DNA of 64,000 nt, from positions 1 to 64,000 of the IMG/VR virus record IMGVR_UViG_3300012347_000366; one strand, 5' to 3'. The notes under the pieces were generated by a model. The model saw nothing but the letters and a program-made list of their open reading frames with translations, did not search any database and had not been told where the DNA came from. This document shows positions 43,775 through 54,388 of this stretch, piece after piece. The position numbers and the translations under genes were made by a program. Every line of letters begins with the position of its first letter. Within the stretch, counting starts at the first letter, position 1. The DNA comes from a virus. Lineage: Duplodnaviria > Heunggongvirae > Uroviricota > Caudoviricetes.

Positions 43775-45097
43775 TTAGTAAGTTCCGCCGTCAACAGTTG
43801 CTAGTGCAACCAGACCTGCTGTAACTGAGAAATATGTAGAATCAAATTTGGCTAAACCAAGTACGCTAGTAGTAGCTGTAGGGATAGCTGTACTAGAGGC
43901 TGCAGTAATTAGACCTTTTGCGTTTACTGTAAAGGTCGGTACACTTGTACCACTACCAAAACTTCCAGTATTTGAATTAACTGTGGCCAGTGTAATAGCT
44001 GAACTAGCGTCTGCACTGCCATCAAAGTTAACGCTCCAACTTGCATCACCTGTTGCCGCAATACTGCGTGCAGTTGCTAGTTTAGTAGAAGTATCTGCGT
44101 TACCAACTAATGCGGCATATACATTGGCAACTACTAAATCTTTGTTTAGGTTCCAGCGGTCATTGGTACTTGTATAGGTAAGTGTAGCGCCAGCACCTGC
44201 AACTGTTAATCCGGCGCCGTTAGCTTCAGTAGCATTTGCAGCGTCTTTAGCCAAGGTAAGATTAATATCGCTGATGGCAACGGCTGTTGAGTTAACTGTG
44301 GTAGTTGTACCTTGTACAGTTAAGTTACCTGTAATAGTAGCGTTACCGTCTACACTAATATTAGTAGCACTAATATCGTCTGAGTTTAGCGTACCATTAA
44401 CAGTTACGTTGTTGAATGTTACGTTAGAAGTTGTGTTAACAGCCTGACCAATTGCAAAACTTACTTGGTTATCGGTTACCGTGGTTGTTACGCCAGTACC
44501 GCCAGCAAATGTCAAAGTGTCCGTACCTAAGGTAACTGTATCAGTACCAGTACCGCCAGCAATGCTTAGGGCTGTGGAGATATTGGCTGTTGTTACACCT
44601 GTAACTAAGCCTTTTGCGTTAACTGTTACAACTGGAATCTGTGTAGTACTACCATAAGTACCTACATTTGAGTTAACTGTTGCTAGCGTAAGTGCTGTGG
44701 TGGCATTTGCGCTACCATCAATGCTAGCCCAGGTTGCTGTGGCGTCACCTGTTAGGGCGATTGAACGTGCTGTTAACCAGCTGCCCGCTGTTGTTGCGTT
44801 ACCTGCTAGTGCAGCAGTAATTATATTAGCTGCGAAATTACCACTTGCATCGCGACGTACGAGTGCGCTTGCGGTGTTGTTTGCAGTAGCTGCAATAATC
44901 TGATCGGTGAAATATTTACCACCAATTACGACGTGATTTACTGCATTACCATCTGTTTCGGTACCCATACCGATGTATAGTCGATCTCCGCCGTTGGACC
45001 CGTTGTCTGCTAGTGCGCTGTAAGCTAACTCACCGGCACCTAGTACTTGAGGGTTACCACTAACCTCTGATCGTTTGATCTTAATAATACTTGCCAT
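43775..45097 (-). CDS. tail fibre-like protein with N-terminal IKIKRS...GELA motif and an internal tandem duplication
   Basis: Two ~60-aa segments both end LATVNSN.G..GS.T..P..TVNAKGL. Confidence 0.5.
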   Translation of the reverse strand: MASIIKIKRSEVSGNPQVLGAGELAYSALADNGSNGGDRLYIGMGTETDGNAVNHVVIGGKYFTDQIIAATANNTASALVRRDASGNFAANIITAALAGNATTAGSWLTARSIALTGDATATWASIDGSANATTALTLATVNSNVGTYGSTTQIPVVTVNAKGLVTGVTTANISTALSIAGGTGTDTVTLGTDTLTFAGGTGVTTTVTDNQVSFAIGQAVNTTSNVTFNNVTVNGTLNSDDISATNISVDGNATITGNLTVQGTTTTVNSTAVAISDINLTLAKDAANATEANGAGLTVAGAGATLTYTSTNDRWNLNKDLVVANVYAALVGNADTSTKLATARSIAATGDASWSVNFDGSADASSAITLATVNSNTGSFGSGTSVPTFTVNAKGLITAASSTAIPTATTSVLGLAKFDSTYFSVTAGLVALATVDGGTY

Positions 45098-45110
45098 TAT
45101 TATTCCTTAA

Positions 45111-45386
45111 TTAAAATTGTCCTGCTTCTAAGATCTGCTTGTCCAATCGTTGCGTGGCTTGCCACTTAGAAGAAGATGAGTTGTATACTAACAAAGACCC
45201 GTCTGACAATCCAGTTAAGTCCAAGTCTTGGGCTTGGGAAAGATCCGTTATTCCATCCTGTCCGGCGGGCCCCATTATGCCTGTAACTACTACGAAGCTA
45301 CCGTCCGATTCAGTAACTACGGTACCGCTAGCACCCGAATCTACAACAACTGCTTGCTCTTGTGATGCTATAACTAGTGAGTCCAT
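45111..45386 (-). CDS. hypothetical protein
   Basis: ORF track. Confidence 0.35.
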   Translation of the reverse strand: MDSLVIASQEQAVVVDSGASGTVVTESDGSFVVVTGIMGPAGQDGITDLSQAQDLDLTGLSDGSLLVYNSSSSKWQATQRLDKQILEAGQF

Positions 45387-45970
45387 TATCGTGTAACCTC
45401 ACGCTGTAGGCTGATATTTCCTGTTGCGAAGTTTATAACTTGCGCGTCTTTTATAAGCTCAAGGTTATAAACAGCACTAACAAAATCAAAAGCTTCTGTT
45501 ATGTTGCTTGGAATAGTAAGTGTAATTGTTTTTGCAGTATTATCGAACACGATCCCTGAGTTTTCAGTGGTTAGTGTATGCAATACATCAGGACTATTTA
45601 ATTTAGCACGTAATTGCATACGTGCAGTATAGTTGGTCAAATCAACAGGCTGATTGTATTCAAGCACGCCACCGCTAGCATAAGCTGTATAGGCTAGTGA
45701 ATTGATCTGGTTTAGGGTAACTGTGTTACTGGTAGTTTCAGTAACTGTGTGATAAGTTTCAGAGTTATTGATCTCTTTCATACCTAGCACGTTGGTAACA
45801 CGTGTTCTCCAACCAACAGGTAATCCGTGGTTGGCTGAGGTAATTACTACTGGAGCACTTTTTGCAATATTTGTAATCGGTGCGTATACTTTTGTAGACG
45901 ACTCCCAACGCAATACTTGTGTAAAAGTACTACCTTCATAAATCTTTAAATTTAGTTTTATTGGCTGCAT
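45386..45970 (-). CDS. hypothetical structural protein
   Basis: ORF track. Confidence 0.4.
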   Translation of the reverse strand: MQPIKLNLKIYEGSTFTQVLRWESSTKVYAPITNIAKSAPVVITSANHGLPVGWRTRVTNVLGMKEINNSETYHTVTETTSNTVTLNQINSLAYTAYASGGVLEYNQPVDLTNYTARMQLRAKLNSPDVLHTLTTENSGIVFDNTAKTITLTIPSNITEAFDFVSAVYNLELIKDAQVINFATGNISLQREVTR

Positions 45971-45972
45971 TA

Positions 45973-46314
45973 TTAGTCGCCTTTCTTTTCATCTGATAGT
46001 GATTTGAACTTGCGTACTTGATTAGTAAGAGCACCTACTTCAACTTGCAGTCGTTGATTTTCTATAGAAAGTTTTTGTAATTGTTGATTCAAATTAATTA
46101 CTTCCGTGTGTAGTCTACCCAACTCTACACTTAGTGCAGAATTCTGAGTACTCATGCGTTCTAGCTCTGTGTGCATGAGTGTTATAACACTGGTCTCTGC
46201 ACTGGTACTTTTCCACTCTTTTAGTAACTTCTGTAAGCCAATGAAAAGAGTAATTATTGCCAGAGCCGAGGCCCCTAGCACTTGGATAAAATTATCTGTT
46301 ACGACACCTAGCAT
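45973..46314 (-). CDS. membrane-anchored coiled-coil protein (one N-terminal TM, heptad-rich C-terminus)
   Basis: Hydrophobic ALAIITLFIGL then LERMSTQNSALSVELGRLHTEVINLNQQLQKLSIENQRLQVEV. Confidence 0.45.
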   Translation of the reverse strand: MLGVVTDNFIQVLGASALAIITLFIGLQKLLKEWKSTSAETSVITLMHTELERMSTQNSALSVELGRLHTEVINLNQQLQKLSIENQRLQVEVGALTNQVRKFKSLSDEKKGD

Positions 46315-46440
46315 CTTAGGGCCTCCATTTAAAACTAGCGGTAGCCAGTACTGGTTGATACGGTTTAGGTTTATTTATGGGATACTAGGCAATAGGTATT
46401 TAGTGAACTGAAATTACAATGCCTTGAAATATTTTGTACT

Positions 46441-46469
46441 ATTATAACATAAGACCAAAGTTTTGTCAA
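46441..46469 (-). promoter_or_regulatory. perfect consensus sigma70 promoter TTGACA-17-TATAAT (minus strand)
   Basis: Plus-strand TGTCAA at 46464-46469 and ATTATA at 46441-46446. Confidence 0.55.
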
Positions 46470-46471
46470 TG

Positions 46472-46510
46472 CAAAAAAATACCCAGGGTGTTTAGTCCTG
46501 GGTATTTTTA
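46472..46510. terminator. bidirectional rho-independent terminator (ACCCAGG-GTGTTTAGT-CCTGGGT flanked by A-run and T-run)
   Basis: 7-bp GC-rich stem; A7 upstream and T5 downstream. Confidence 0.65.
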
Positions 46511-46527
46511 TCAGCTAGTAAAAATTG

Positions 46528-49500
46528 TTATCCGCACAAGTAAATACAAGCTACTTGCTTTGGTGAAGTATCTCCTGCTTCCCACACAACACCGTTACGT
46601 GCGCGTGCAACAGTATAGTTGCGTACCAAATCATCTGGTTGACGCATACCTTTGCCAGGGGTATTAGAAGTACAAATTAAATCACCTGCTTCAATATTAC
46701 CACCTTCACTACAAACGTTTATAACACCTTCACCAACAGCATTAAAAGCAATGCGGTCGTAAGCTTTAACGTATTCGGTTTTTTGCGTTTCACTTAAGTT
46801 CTCCATTGCTGCTGGCATAGTATAAATATCATACTCAATATTCATTACGTATACACCAACTGCGCGCTTGTCCAGGGCTGTATTTGAAACTTTGTTAATA
46901 AAGATACTGTTTGATGTATTTTTTATGATAACTAGTTCTGAGTCAACTACAATGTCCCCGGCTAGAATAGTAGTACCTTTTAGTACCAAACCGTCGTGTG
47001 AGCCGGTAAACGGACCGTAGTTTACTCCGTTGCCTGAAGCATAATGGTCATAAGTATTACCCTGCATATACGTACCGTATAAGCAGTTCTTGGAAACATA
47101 GCCATACACTTCACTATCAACTGTAATTCCTGTAAGTCCTGTTGATAGCGTAGGAAGAGTACTATTATACCTATTAGCAGGTATTATTGTAGAACAGATG
47201 TACAGTCCTGGGTATGCTCCAAGAGCATTAACAGAGGTAGGGCTTGTTGGGTGTCTGACAATGCTATTTGAAGGGGAATCTAGATAGTTTGGCACTACTC
47301 CAGAACTATTAACGTCAATACGCAATTCACCTTTGGTAATTGCAAGCCATGATCTATTTACAGTAAGAACTCCACTACTAAGCGAAGTATATGAAGTATC
47401 AGATGTTATTAAAGTTCCATCAGGTATGCCACTGCTTAGTGTGCTGCCACGAGCAGATATTAGTTCATAACCATCCCTACTAAAACAAATACCTCGACCA
47501 TCTTCTGCTGTACCACCTATACGTGCAAAACCATATCCATTAGCATATCCGCCATTAGAAATCCTGTCTTCCATCAAAAAGCCCCAGCCGTTTGTATCAG
47601 ACTTTTTAGGCTTACCAATATTAATACCAAAACCCTGATTTTTAGCCGCAGCATTAGTCGGGTTAGAAAAGTAACCGCCCCAAGCTGAAATGTCGATACC
47701 GTACCAAATGTCCTTACTGGTAGGTCCGTCAAAATAGCCTGTTCCAATAATAGAAATACCTACATTAGAACTTTGAATTGCTATACCATAAGATAAACCT
47801 GCACCCACGACGCCTGGGTTAGGGTAGTTATTGGTTTGGTTGCTAATCTGAATACCAACCGACTCTTTAGTTTCAACGTAAATTGCAGGTGCTTGATAAG
47901 ATCTGGCTAGTACTCCAATACGTTTAGAATCTATGCGACCAAATTCGCCGATGGCTGGTGTAGTTACTGTTAGTCCACTAATGTACTGAATATATTCTGT
48001 ACTGACTTCACCTATGTTCGCTAATCTGCCGTATGTTTCTGGTGTAGTACCAAGTGCACCGGTTAGCTGTAATTGGTTATTATCAGTATCATTAATAGTA
48101 ATACGTCTAGAAGCGGTAACATCTGAAGTAGTTTGATAAGTACGGCCAGTAATAGTACCAGCAGTAATTGTATCTGCATTAATGCTACCAATAACACCAC
48201 TTTCAGCAGTGATTGTACCGGTTGCCATGTTGGCTGCAGTAATTGTATCTTCAACAATTAAACTACCAGTAATATAGCTAGCAAACTGTGCCCATGATGT
48301 TGTGTACTTGTAAACAATACTTGCATTAAAGTTGTTGTAAGTAATAGTAGCAATATCCCCAGCTATAGGAGTACGCCCAATAGCTGATGTAACTTCTGCG
48401 TTAGTAGGAACTCCACTATCGTTAGCACTACGTATGATTACAAATGTTGCACTTCCACTTGTGCCACTTGTACCATTTGCGCCATTGTAGGCAACAGACT
48501 TAATAGCAAAGCCAGTACTGGTCCAGTCTAAGGTACTGGTTGTGGTAGTTGCTGATACTACTAATGGCACAGTTATTGACCACAAATAGCTGCCTGCAGT
48601 GGTGTTACTTGGTGCACTAGTTGACCAACCACTAGGCGCTGTGTAAGCTCCAGTTGACCAAGTATACGTGCTGGGGGTTGTTGGGCGTGTGGGAGGTGTG
48701 CTGGTTGTTGTCCACTGATAGATAGTTGGAAACGCAGCCATTGTTCCGCTTGCACCGGCCTGTCCAGTCGCACCATCTTGCGTAACCGTCATCTTTACTT
48801 GCTTTTGCAGCGGAGCACTTAGGTTAGAGCCTGTTACTGTTAGTGTAACGGTAATTGGATTTGTTGCTGTGGGCGTTAACACTACAGATTGTGTGTTTGT
48901 GGCACTTAAACTACCATTTGTAACTGTCCAGGCGTACACAGGGTTTGAAACATAAGCAGTTACTGCTGTTAACGCGGCAGTAGCAGGAAGAATCACACCG
49001 GCTACATTACGATTGAATCCAGTTATTCCGCTTATATCAATTGAGGGTCCGGGAGTACCATCGTAACTAGCGGCTGTTTGGATGGTTTTGGAGATTGGCT
49101 CAAGTAAATTCACCCCATCTACTGTTAGTGTTACACTGATTAAATCAGAACTAGGAGTAATTGTTAGCGTGGAGTTTGTTAGTGGGCTAGAAGTATTAGC
49201 TCCTGTTACCGACCACAAGTACGTAGGTGACTCTATATTGGCAATACTTGCGCTTACCTCAAAGTTTGGTGGTGTGTAACTACTACCATCATAACTTGTA
49301 TTAAACTTAGCAATGCCATTTATGTCCACAGAAGGGGCTGCAGACATACGCGATTTGGCAATAGTTTGTGTGGTTACTACAGTAAAGAAATCGCCTGAAA
49401 AGCTTGTGCCAGTAATAGTAAAAGAAACAGATCCTTTGTCTTCACTTAAACCTGTGATATTTGCGGTAGTTAAGTAAGTCCCACTATCCGTAATATAACC

Positions 49501-50001
49501 CACAGGCACAGATATGTTTGTGAAACCAGTAGTTACTTTCCACGTTCCAGCTGTGGTACCAACACCGTCGTATACTAGCTCACTGCTAGCTTCATATACG
49601 CGTAGTGTAGTACCTGTGCCTTCAAAAGATGTTACTGTACCATCCCAAGTAGCAGGAACTACAGTAACTGCATTAGAGTTACGAACGTCTACAGTTACTC
49701 CGCTTAAGGGTATACCGGATAGTGTTTCTGAGTCATCGTAAACAGACTCATCCAAAAAGGATAGTAGCGCATACTTTACATAGTATGTTGTGCTTGGATT
49801 TAGGTTTGGTATAAGTACGTTTAAACCATCGCCTTCATAGGCAAGAGTACCTTGTGTTTCTGTATTAAAATTTGGTACAGTGGTACTGTACCAAACCTTA
49901 ATTCCAACAAGGTCGTCTCTTATAAGCCCAGTAGTAGAATCCACCGGAGTGGAAACTACTAGCTGGAGCCCTTTTACTGTTGGAAATAATTGTGCTGCCA
50001 T
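46528..50001 (-). CDS. large Ser/Thr-rich tail fibre or central fibre protein (1157 aa), T5 pb4-like by position
   Basis: Size, composition, and position next to the tail tip gene. Confidence 0.5.
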   Translation of the reverse strand: MAAQLFPTVKGLQLVVSTPVDSTTGLIRDDLVGIKVWYSTTVPNFNTETQGTLAYEGDGLNVLIPNLNPSTTYYVKYALLSFLDESVYDDSETLSGIPLSGVTVDVRNSNAVTVVPATWDGTVTSFEGTGTTLRVYEASSELVYDGVGTTAGTWKVTTGFTNISVPVGYITDSGTYLTTANITGLSEDKGSVSFTITGTSFSGDFFTVVTTQTIAKSRMSAAPSVDINGIAKFNTSYDGSSYTPPNFEVSASIANIESPTYLWSVTGANTSSPLTNSTLTITPSSDLISVTLTVDGVNLLEPISKTIQTAASYDGTPGPSIDISGITGFNRNVAGVILPATAALTAVTAYVSNPVYAWTVTNGSLSATNTQSVVLTPTATNPITVTLTVTGSNLSAPLQKQVKMTVTQDGATGQAGASGTMAAFPTIYQWTTTSTPPTRPTTPSTYTWSTGAYTAPSGWSTSAPSNTTAGSYLWSITVPLVVSATTTTSTLDWTSTGFAIKSVAYNGANGTSGTSGSATFVIIRSANDSGVPTNAEVTSAIGRTPIAGDIATITYNNFNASIVYKYTTSWAQFASYITGSLIVEDTITAANMATGTITAESGVIGSINADTITAGTITGRTYQTTSDVTASRRITINDTDNNQLQLTGALGTTPETYGRLANIGEVSTEYIQYISGLTVTTPAIGEFGRIDSKRIGVLARSYQAPAIYVETKESVGIQISNQTNNYPNPGVVGAGLSYGIAIQSSNVGISIIGTGYFDGPTSKDIWYGIDISAWGGYFSNPTNAAAKNQGFGINIGKPKKSDTNGWGFLMEDRISNGGYANGYGFARIGGTAEDGRGICFSRDGYELISARGSTLSSGIPDGTLITSDTSYTSLSSGVLTVNRSWLAITKGELRIDVNSSGVVPNYLDSPSNSIVRHPTSPTSVNALGAYPGLYICSTIIPANRYNSTLPTLSTGLTGITVDSEVYGYVSKNCLYGTYMQGNTYDHYASGNGVNYGPFTGSHDGLVLKGTTILAGDIVVDSELVIIKNTSNSIFINKVSNTALDKRAVGVYVMNIEYDIYTMPAAMENLSETQKTEYVKAYDRIAFNAVGEGVINVCSEGGNIEAGDLICTSNTPGKGMRQPDDLVRNYTVARARNGVVWEAGDTSPKQVACIYLCG

Positions 50002-50008
50002 TTTATCC

Positions 50009-53000
50009 TTATGGTATTATGGTTTGTAAGGTTATAGACCCAACAGCGCTGGTTAGGCTTTCATTGTCGGATATATCTACAACTCTACAAGCAACTCTGT
50101 ATTTTGTACCAGCTTCGCTGATTCTAGGAGATGCGAACTGCATTAAATCAATATCTATAAAGTCTGTTTGTGTTAACCCTACAAATATACTTGGATCTGT
50201 ATTTGTCCAAAAGTCTCCGCTACCAGAATCTTTAAATACTTTTACTTTGAAATATTTAAATGTATTGGGTAAGGAGTCTACTAAGCATTTAACTCGCAAG
50301 TACTTACCAACTCTTGTAACTTCAATAGTTTGTACAGTGTTATTATTAACTGTGAGTCCTTGAACTGTGTGGTTTTGCCATTGAGTCCACACACCAGAAG
50401 TACCGTCTTTGGATACGTAACGAAGTCTGATGCGATAAGCTACACCAACAGAAACATTAGGAATAATTGTAGAACCTTTTTGGTACTCTACAAAAATTGA
50501 TCTAAGGTTAACACTGCTATCTGAAGAAGCCAAATCATATTGAATTTCTACCGAGTGTGTGCTAGTAGGTAGCTCGCCTGCATTAAAGTAAGTTAGGTTA
50601 ATGTTGTAAATTTGAGCAACAATATCCATTGCAGACTCATCACTGGTTAAACCAGTTAACTGAGGCACCTTGTTTCCAAATGTACTAAGCTGTAACACAG
50701 GAGGCAGCGTAATTTGTGATTCAAATACTAGCTGTTCACTCATGTCTAAGTAGTCTGGGAATATGTTGTAGTCTTTGGTAACTCCATAGTCAACCAGTGT
50801 TAAGCGAGCACTATTATTACTTGAAGGCTCTATGCTTAAAACTATTAAGTCTTGTGCTTCTTGGTTTAGGGTACCAAACAAAAACAAGTCCTCTGCAGCT
50901 ATTTCACTGTTAATAATAGGCGTAGTAAGATCAACTACGTTATACTCACCGGCTTCGCTTACATTTACAAGGGTTTTTGTAACAGAAGCTCCAGTGCTAG
51001 TTCTAAAACGAATGGTGTGGGACACACCCGGCTGCATTGGTACGGCTTCATCTAGTTCAATCTGAGTACTTGATAAAATATTCTTAACTCTGCCTGAGCC
51101 TAGGCCCCACATAGGTACATCGTGCATTACTTTAACACGATCGCCTCGGTTACATACCAAATACTCAATATCGGAGTTTAGCGTATAAACTTCTGGGCGC
51201 AGTTTCATTTGTGCCATGTGCCACTTTGCATGGTCAATTACCAAAGATTTTTTAGTTACACCAGGTAATGTGATACTTTCAAATAAGCTAGCATTACCCG
51301 AATTCTTGCCGGTGTCATAAACAATAATCTCGGCTTCTTGATAGTCGCTATCTTGATCGTAGTAGTTAATTCTTAAACCGTCCGGACGTTTTGGTAAAGC
51401 TTTAGTGCCTTCAAAATTCCAACTATTGTGCGGTGTAAAGTGCTGCACAACGTTATCTCTTGGCTCGTCGATTACCACTGTCCACTTACCATCTACAAGT
51501 GCCGGACTAGCTCTGCCTGCGGCACAAATATCGCGTACTACCTCTAAAACACCGCGTGCTGTACCAAGTATTCCATTATATTCGAATCCATGTGATTCGC
51601 AATACTCGTAAAAATACTGTAGCTGATCTAAGTTAATCTGTGAATCGGCATTAGTAACTTTTCGTGGGTTGGCTGGATGTTCTAGTACATAACGCATTAG
51701 CGCTGCTGGATTGCTTGTAGCACCATTTACCCACTGCGAACCGTTCCACTTCTTACACCAGGTCTGTACAACTGCACTAATACCTTGTATACTACCACTA
51801 AGTTGGTCAGTGGCTTTTATCTTAAATGCAGTTTTTGCTATTTTTGTACCGAGTGGATCAACTGCAGGGGTTGCATTACGCAAGAAAGTTACGTTTTGAA
51901 GAACAGAAGTAAAATAGTACCTGTAGTTTGGGTTGTCTTCAGTATTATCTCCTGTCTCTCGGCGTACTCTTACAATCATTTGATCGTAATTTAAATTACC
52001 ATAAGTTCTTGTGTAGGTAAATCCATCTTTTTTAACAGTGTCATTACCTACGTAAAAAGTTTCTAATAATGACCAAGTAGTTCCAGCATCTGTGGAGTAT
52101 TCTGCTCTGAACTTAACATTGGTATAGTACGAGTTACCTGCACCCTCTCCCTTAGTTGCAATTCGACGTAAACCCTGTGGAAAATGTAGTGCTAATGTAA
52201 CTGAATTGACTGGTACTGGTAGTCCTGTATCTGCACTGGTCTCAACCGTGGTAGCAGCTTCGGTCCAAGGTCCTGGGATTACCCCTTCTGCTGTTATAAC
52301 ATACGAACCACTTAAGTTTTCCTGTGCTATTTCTAATGTTATGCTTGAAGTGGGTATATCCGATACATCGTCTATATTAAATGATACTGTTTTAACTGTA
52401 CTACTGGTATTAGTTACAGCAACATTAGATAATTGATTAGTAGAAAGATTCCATCCTGCATGACCTGATGGAACCGTAAAAACTATCGTAGCTTGTTGAC
52501 CAATGACCCACCCAGCATTGTCGCTAAAATTATACTGTAAGCGCGAGACTGCTGGATATGGTAGTCCAGACCCTTCGTCTACACCTGCCGGATAGTTTGT
52601 AACTGTGCCGGTAACAGTTCTTGAGTTAATTTCAGGGTTACCTTCACAGGTTAATTCAATTTGAGTATTTGCTTGTGTAACATCTTTTCCGTATATAGCA
52701 TCAAAATTTCTTTTTGTTTCTGCGGTTGGCTCGGCAATGCGATCTAGTGTGATTTTTGTATAGTCTGTATAGCTGGTTAGTGGTACATCGCCGATTTTAA
52801 AGCTAGCATCATCAATACTTAGCGGGCCATACCCCCATACTAAAAGCATAGATAAGTAGCTATCTCGCTCATTCTCATAAGTCAAGTAGTTAAACGAACC
52901 AAGTAGTGGAGTAACACGTGCTTTACCAAGTACCACAGGGATTGCTCCGTATGGATTAACTTGGTTGGAGCCGCCATTAACCATTAGCTGACGTTCTGCA

Positions 53001-53857
53001 CTTCCAGGGTCAATACTACTACCCATAGTAGGTGGACGTATTGGTGCAATAGCATTAATTAAAACAGAGCCCAGTAGCATGACGCCTGCCTGTGCAGCTG
53101 CTAGAAATATTGGGGTCCCTCCAAGTGCGGCAGCAACATATGCTCCTGTAGTAGTACCTAAAGCACTTAAAGCTATTTGTGGGGCGACCCAAGCTAACGC
53201 AACAATTGCTACAAGTCTAAGTGCCTCTTTTCCAGGTACTGCCCTGTACTCTATAACGTCACCTAGATTGATCGTAGTTTTTGCCCAAGCCTCTTGTGGT
53301 ACAACTATACCATTAATTAGTACACTGATTCTACTCTTTAATTCTGGCTGAACGTTGTATTCTGTACAAATATTATGTACAAGCTCTAGTACTCTGGTAC
53401 CTGGAACTACTGTGCTTACGTACTGTTGTGTTTTTAGTGGGTGCGGTATAGAGTTTAATACTACGCCAGCACTCTCGGAATACTTAAAATAACCAACAAT
53501 GCGCTTTGACCACTTAGGGCTTTCTAGTGACTCAATAACACTGTCGCGACCTTCACGAACGTGAATAAATTTATGACCTTCTACTACCACACCTATATGT
53601 GACTCAGTACCAAACATTCTAAACAGCACTGCGCAACCTGGTTCTGGACTACTTAATGTTTCCCAGCCTTCTTGGTATTGTGCAAATAATTCACCGATTC
53701 TGGCGTCATCGCTTAATTCATAGTCTTCACTAAAGCTAGGTAAATTAATATTGTATTCTTGTTTGTAGATTAAGCGAACTAAACCCCAGCAGTCTACTCC
53801 GCTAGTATCTCTGCCCTTTTCTTGGAAAGGTATACCTATGTATTTTTCAAAATTCAT
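50009..53857 (-). CDS. tail tip / baseplate hub protein with N-terminal NlpC/P60 peptidase domain fused to a gpJ-like body (1282 aa)
   Basis: N-terminal GVDCWGLVRLIY Cys block and downstream His typical of NlpC/P60 (lambda gpK-like); remainder is a long beta-rich tail tip body. Confidence 0.55.
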   Translation of the reverse strand: MNFEKYIGIPFQEKGRDTSGVDCWGLVRLIYKQEYNINLPSFSEDYELSDDARIGELFAQYQEGWETLSSPEPGCAVLFRMFGTESHIGVVVEGHKFIHVREGRDSVIESLESPKWSKRIVGYFKYSESAGVVLNSIPHPLKTQQYVSTVVPGTRVLELVHNICTEYNVQPELKSRISVLINGIVVPQEAWAKTTINLGDVIEYRAVPGKEALRLVAIVALAWVAPQIALSALGTTTGAYVAAALGGTPIFLAAAQAGVMLLGSVLINAIAPIRPPTMGSSIDPGSAERQLMVNGGSNQVNPYGAIPVVLGKARVTPLLGSFNYLTYENERDSYLSMLLVWGYGPLSIDDASFKIGDVPLTSYTDYTKITLDRIAEPTAETKRNFDAIYGKDVTQANTQIELTCEGNPEINSRTVTGTVTNYPAGVDEGSGLPYPAVSRLQYNFSDNAGWVIGQQATIVFTVPSGHAGWNLSTNQLSNVAVTNTSSTVKTVSFNIDDVSDIPTSSITLEIAQENLSGSYVITAEGVIPGPWTEAATTVETSADTGLPVPVNSVTLALHFPQGLRRIATKGEGAGNSYYTNVKFRAEYSTDAGTTWSLLETFYVGNDTVKKDGFTYTRTYGNLNYDQMIVRVRRETGDNTEDNPNYRYYFTSVLQNVTFLRNATPAVDPLGTKIAKTAFKIKATDQLSGSIQGISAVVQTWCKKWNGSQWVNGATSNPAALMRYVLEHPANPRKVTNADSQINLDQLQYFYEYCESHGFEYNGILGTARGVLEVVRDICAAGRASPALVDGKWTVVIDEPRDNVVQHFTPHNSWNFEGTKALPKRPDGLRINYYDQDSDYQEAEIIVYDTGKNSGNASLFESITLPGVTKKSLVIDHAKWHMAQMKLRPEVYTLNSDIEYLVCNRGDRVKVMHDVPMWGLGSGRVKNILSSTQIELDEAVPMQPGVSHTIRFRTSTGASVTKTLVNVSEAGEYNVVDLTTPIINSEIAAEDLFLFGTLNQEAQDLIVLSIEPSSNNSARLTLVDYGVTKDYNIFPDYLDMSEQLVFESQITLPPVLQLSTFGNKVPQLTGLTSDESAMDIVAQIYNINLTYFNAGELPTSTHSVEIQYDLASSDSSVNLRSIFVEYQKGSTIIPNVSVGVAYRIRLRYVSKDGTSGVWTQWQNHTVQGLTVNNNTVQTIEVTRVGKYLRVKCLVDSLPNTFKYFKVKVFKDSGSGDFWTNTDPSIFVGLTQTDFIDIDLMQFASPRISEAGTKYRVACRVVDISDNESLTSAVGSITLQTIIP

Positions 53858-53866
53858 AATATTCCT

Positions 53867-54388
53867 TTAAAACATTCCAGGAAAGTATCTGGGGGTAAAT
53901 GCATGCATGGGGAAGGGTTCACGCTCATAATCAATCATAGCTAAATCAGCAGTAACAGACTCGGCGTTGTAAGTAAAATTGTTTATATAAAAATATTCAA
54001 AGGATACTTCTACTGTGTCAGGGCTTTTTGTTAATATTAGCTCTAATTTAATTCTAGGAGGGGCTGTGATAGATCGTACTATAGGTATAATGTATCTCGT
54101 TACATCGTTTAATATAATAGAGCAACGTGGTGCCTGTGCCTCGTCTTCACTTGGTAGCGATATTTGCATAGGTAAAAATATGTAGTCGTTACCATTACTA
54201 GTTACACCATAAGTAACTTCAGTGTCAGTTTCAGTAATACGCTTAGTATACCCGTCCGCTAGGCGTGCTATTACTTCCGATTCATTTATTGGATCATAAA
54301 TAGTTAGTAGTGTAATTAGGTCGGCATCAGAATCAGGCGAAAATATAGCCTTTACGGCTGCAGGTGACATTGAAGTTAGACGACTCAT
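53867..54388 (-). CDS. minor tail protein (lambda gpL-like by position)
   Basis: Position between the tape measure-proximal gene and the tip protein; size. Confidence 0.4.
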   Translation of the reverse strand: MSRLTSMSPAAVKAIFSPDSDADLITLLTIYDPINESEVIARLADGYTKRITETDTEVTYGVTSNGNDYIFLPMQISLPSEDEAQAPRCSIILNDVTRYIIPIVRSITAPPRIKLELILTKSPDTVEVSFEYFYINNFTYNAESVTADLAMIDYEREPFPMHAFTPRYFPGMF

